Notes under the pieces: model-generated
The model's database searches: none
What the model saw: only the letters and a program-made list of their open reading frames with translations
Told to the model about the DNA's origin: nothing
Program-made: the position numbers and the translations under genes
Shown here: piece by piece, positions 53,542-53,551 of the stretch
Layout: each line of letters starts with the position of its first letter
Position numbering within the stretch: the first letter of the stretch is position 1
Assembly: GCA_964407935.1 (NCBI GenBank)
Contig: CAYOXS010000001.1
Location: 15,324 to 68,874 of the forward strand
Source of the DNA: an uncultured Caldilineaceae bacterium
GTDB taxonomy: Bacteria > Chloroflexota > Anaerolineae > 4572-78 > J111
DNA: 53,551 nucleotides
Reading direction: 5' to 3'

Positions 53542-53551
53542 TGATGCTGGC

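Noticed and set aside
1-53551. CRISPR arrays, rRNA genes, retron or DGR-type repeat pairs, riboswitch-like leaders
   Set aside because: Scanning by eye found no regularly spaced 25-40-nt repeats, no reverse-transcriptase-like ORF, no template/variable repeat pair and no recognisable riboswitch core. This is absence of evidence from a manual read only.

Overview
This is a 53.5-kb window from a fairly high-GC bacterium. GC was judged by eye and no statistics were computed. Gene content and style (giant GAF arrays, Pro/Thr-rich membrane proteins, frequent GTG starts and ATGA overlaps) hint at a Chloroflexota-like organism, but taxonomy cannot be established from this window. I see four blocks. 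(1) 1-16503, all on the minus strand, is a tightly packed signalling supercluster. It holds two GAF/PAS histidine kinases, an OmpR-type regulator and three consecutive single-domain receivers. These are followed by three tandem GAF-array genes, two of them complete (1607 and 1432 aa) with no recognisable output domain. (2) 16588-17847 is an MFS transporter gene. Its 5' end contains a 53-bp sequence that recurs at 46064-46116, next to a stranded second copy of the MFS N-terminus and a serine-recombinase fragment. I read the roughly 28.3 kb in between as an integrated island. (3) The island cargo has two parts. The first is a 19.5-kb minus-strand operon (LacI regulator at 39160 down to an oxidoreductase at 19694) for import and cytoplasmic breakdown of a uronate-containing polysaccharide. 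It encodes two heparinase II/III-like lyases, a GH88 hydrolase, an LplABC-like ABC importer, a ManD-type dehydratase, KdgK and Eda, and includes a lower-GC transporter block in which a MalK-type ATPase sits among four unknown small membrane proteins. The second part (39.7-46.1 kb) is a graveyard of mobile and defence DNA. It contains an internally deleted IS, a DUF1156 methylase remnant, a DUF499 ATPase, a hairpin-flanked two-gene NTase cassette, an orphan AbrB-like gene, an IS5-type transposase tail and a recombinase tail. (4) 46.2-53.5 kb holds a class II aldolase-like gene, a Pro/Thr-rich membrane protein, a hybrid PAS-GAF-PAS kinase and tRNA-Leu(UAA). It ends in a second decayed integrative element with a truncated, frameshifted serine recombinase, a mini-ParA and a partner gene. 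No rRNA genes, CRISPR arrays or cas genes were seen. All family assignments rest on motifs read from the translations; nothing was searched against a database.
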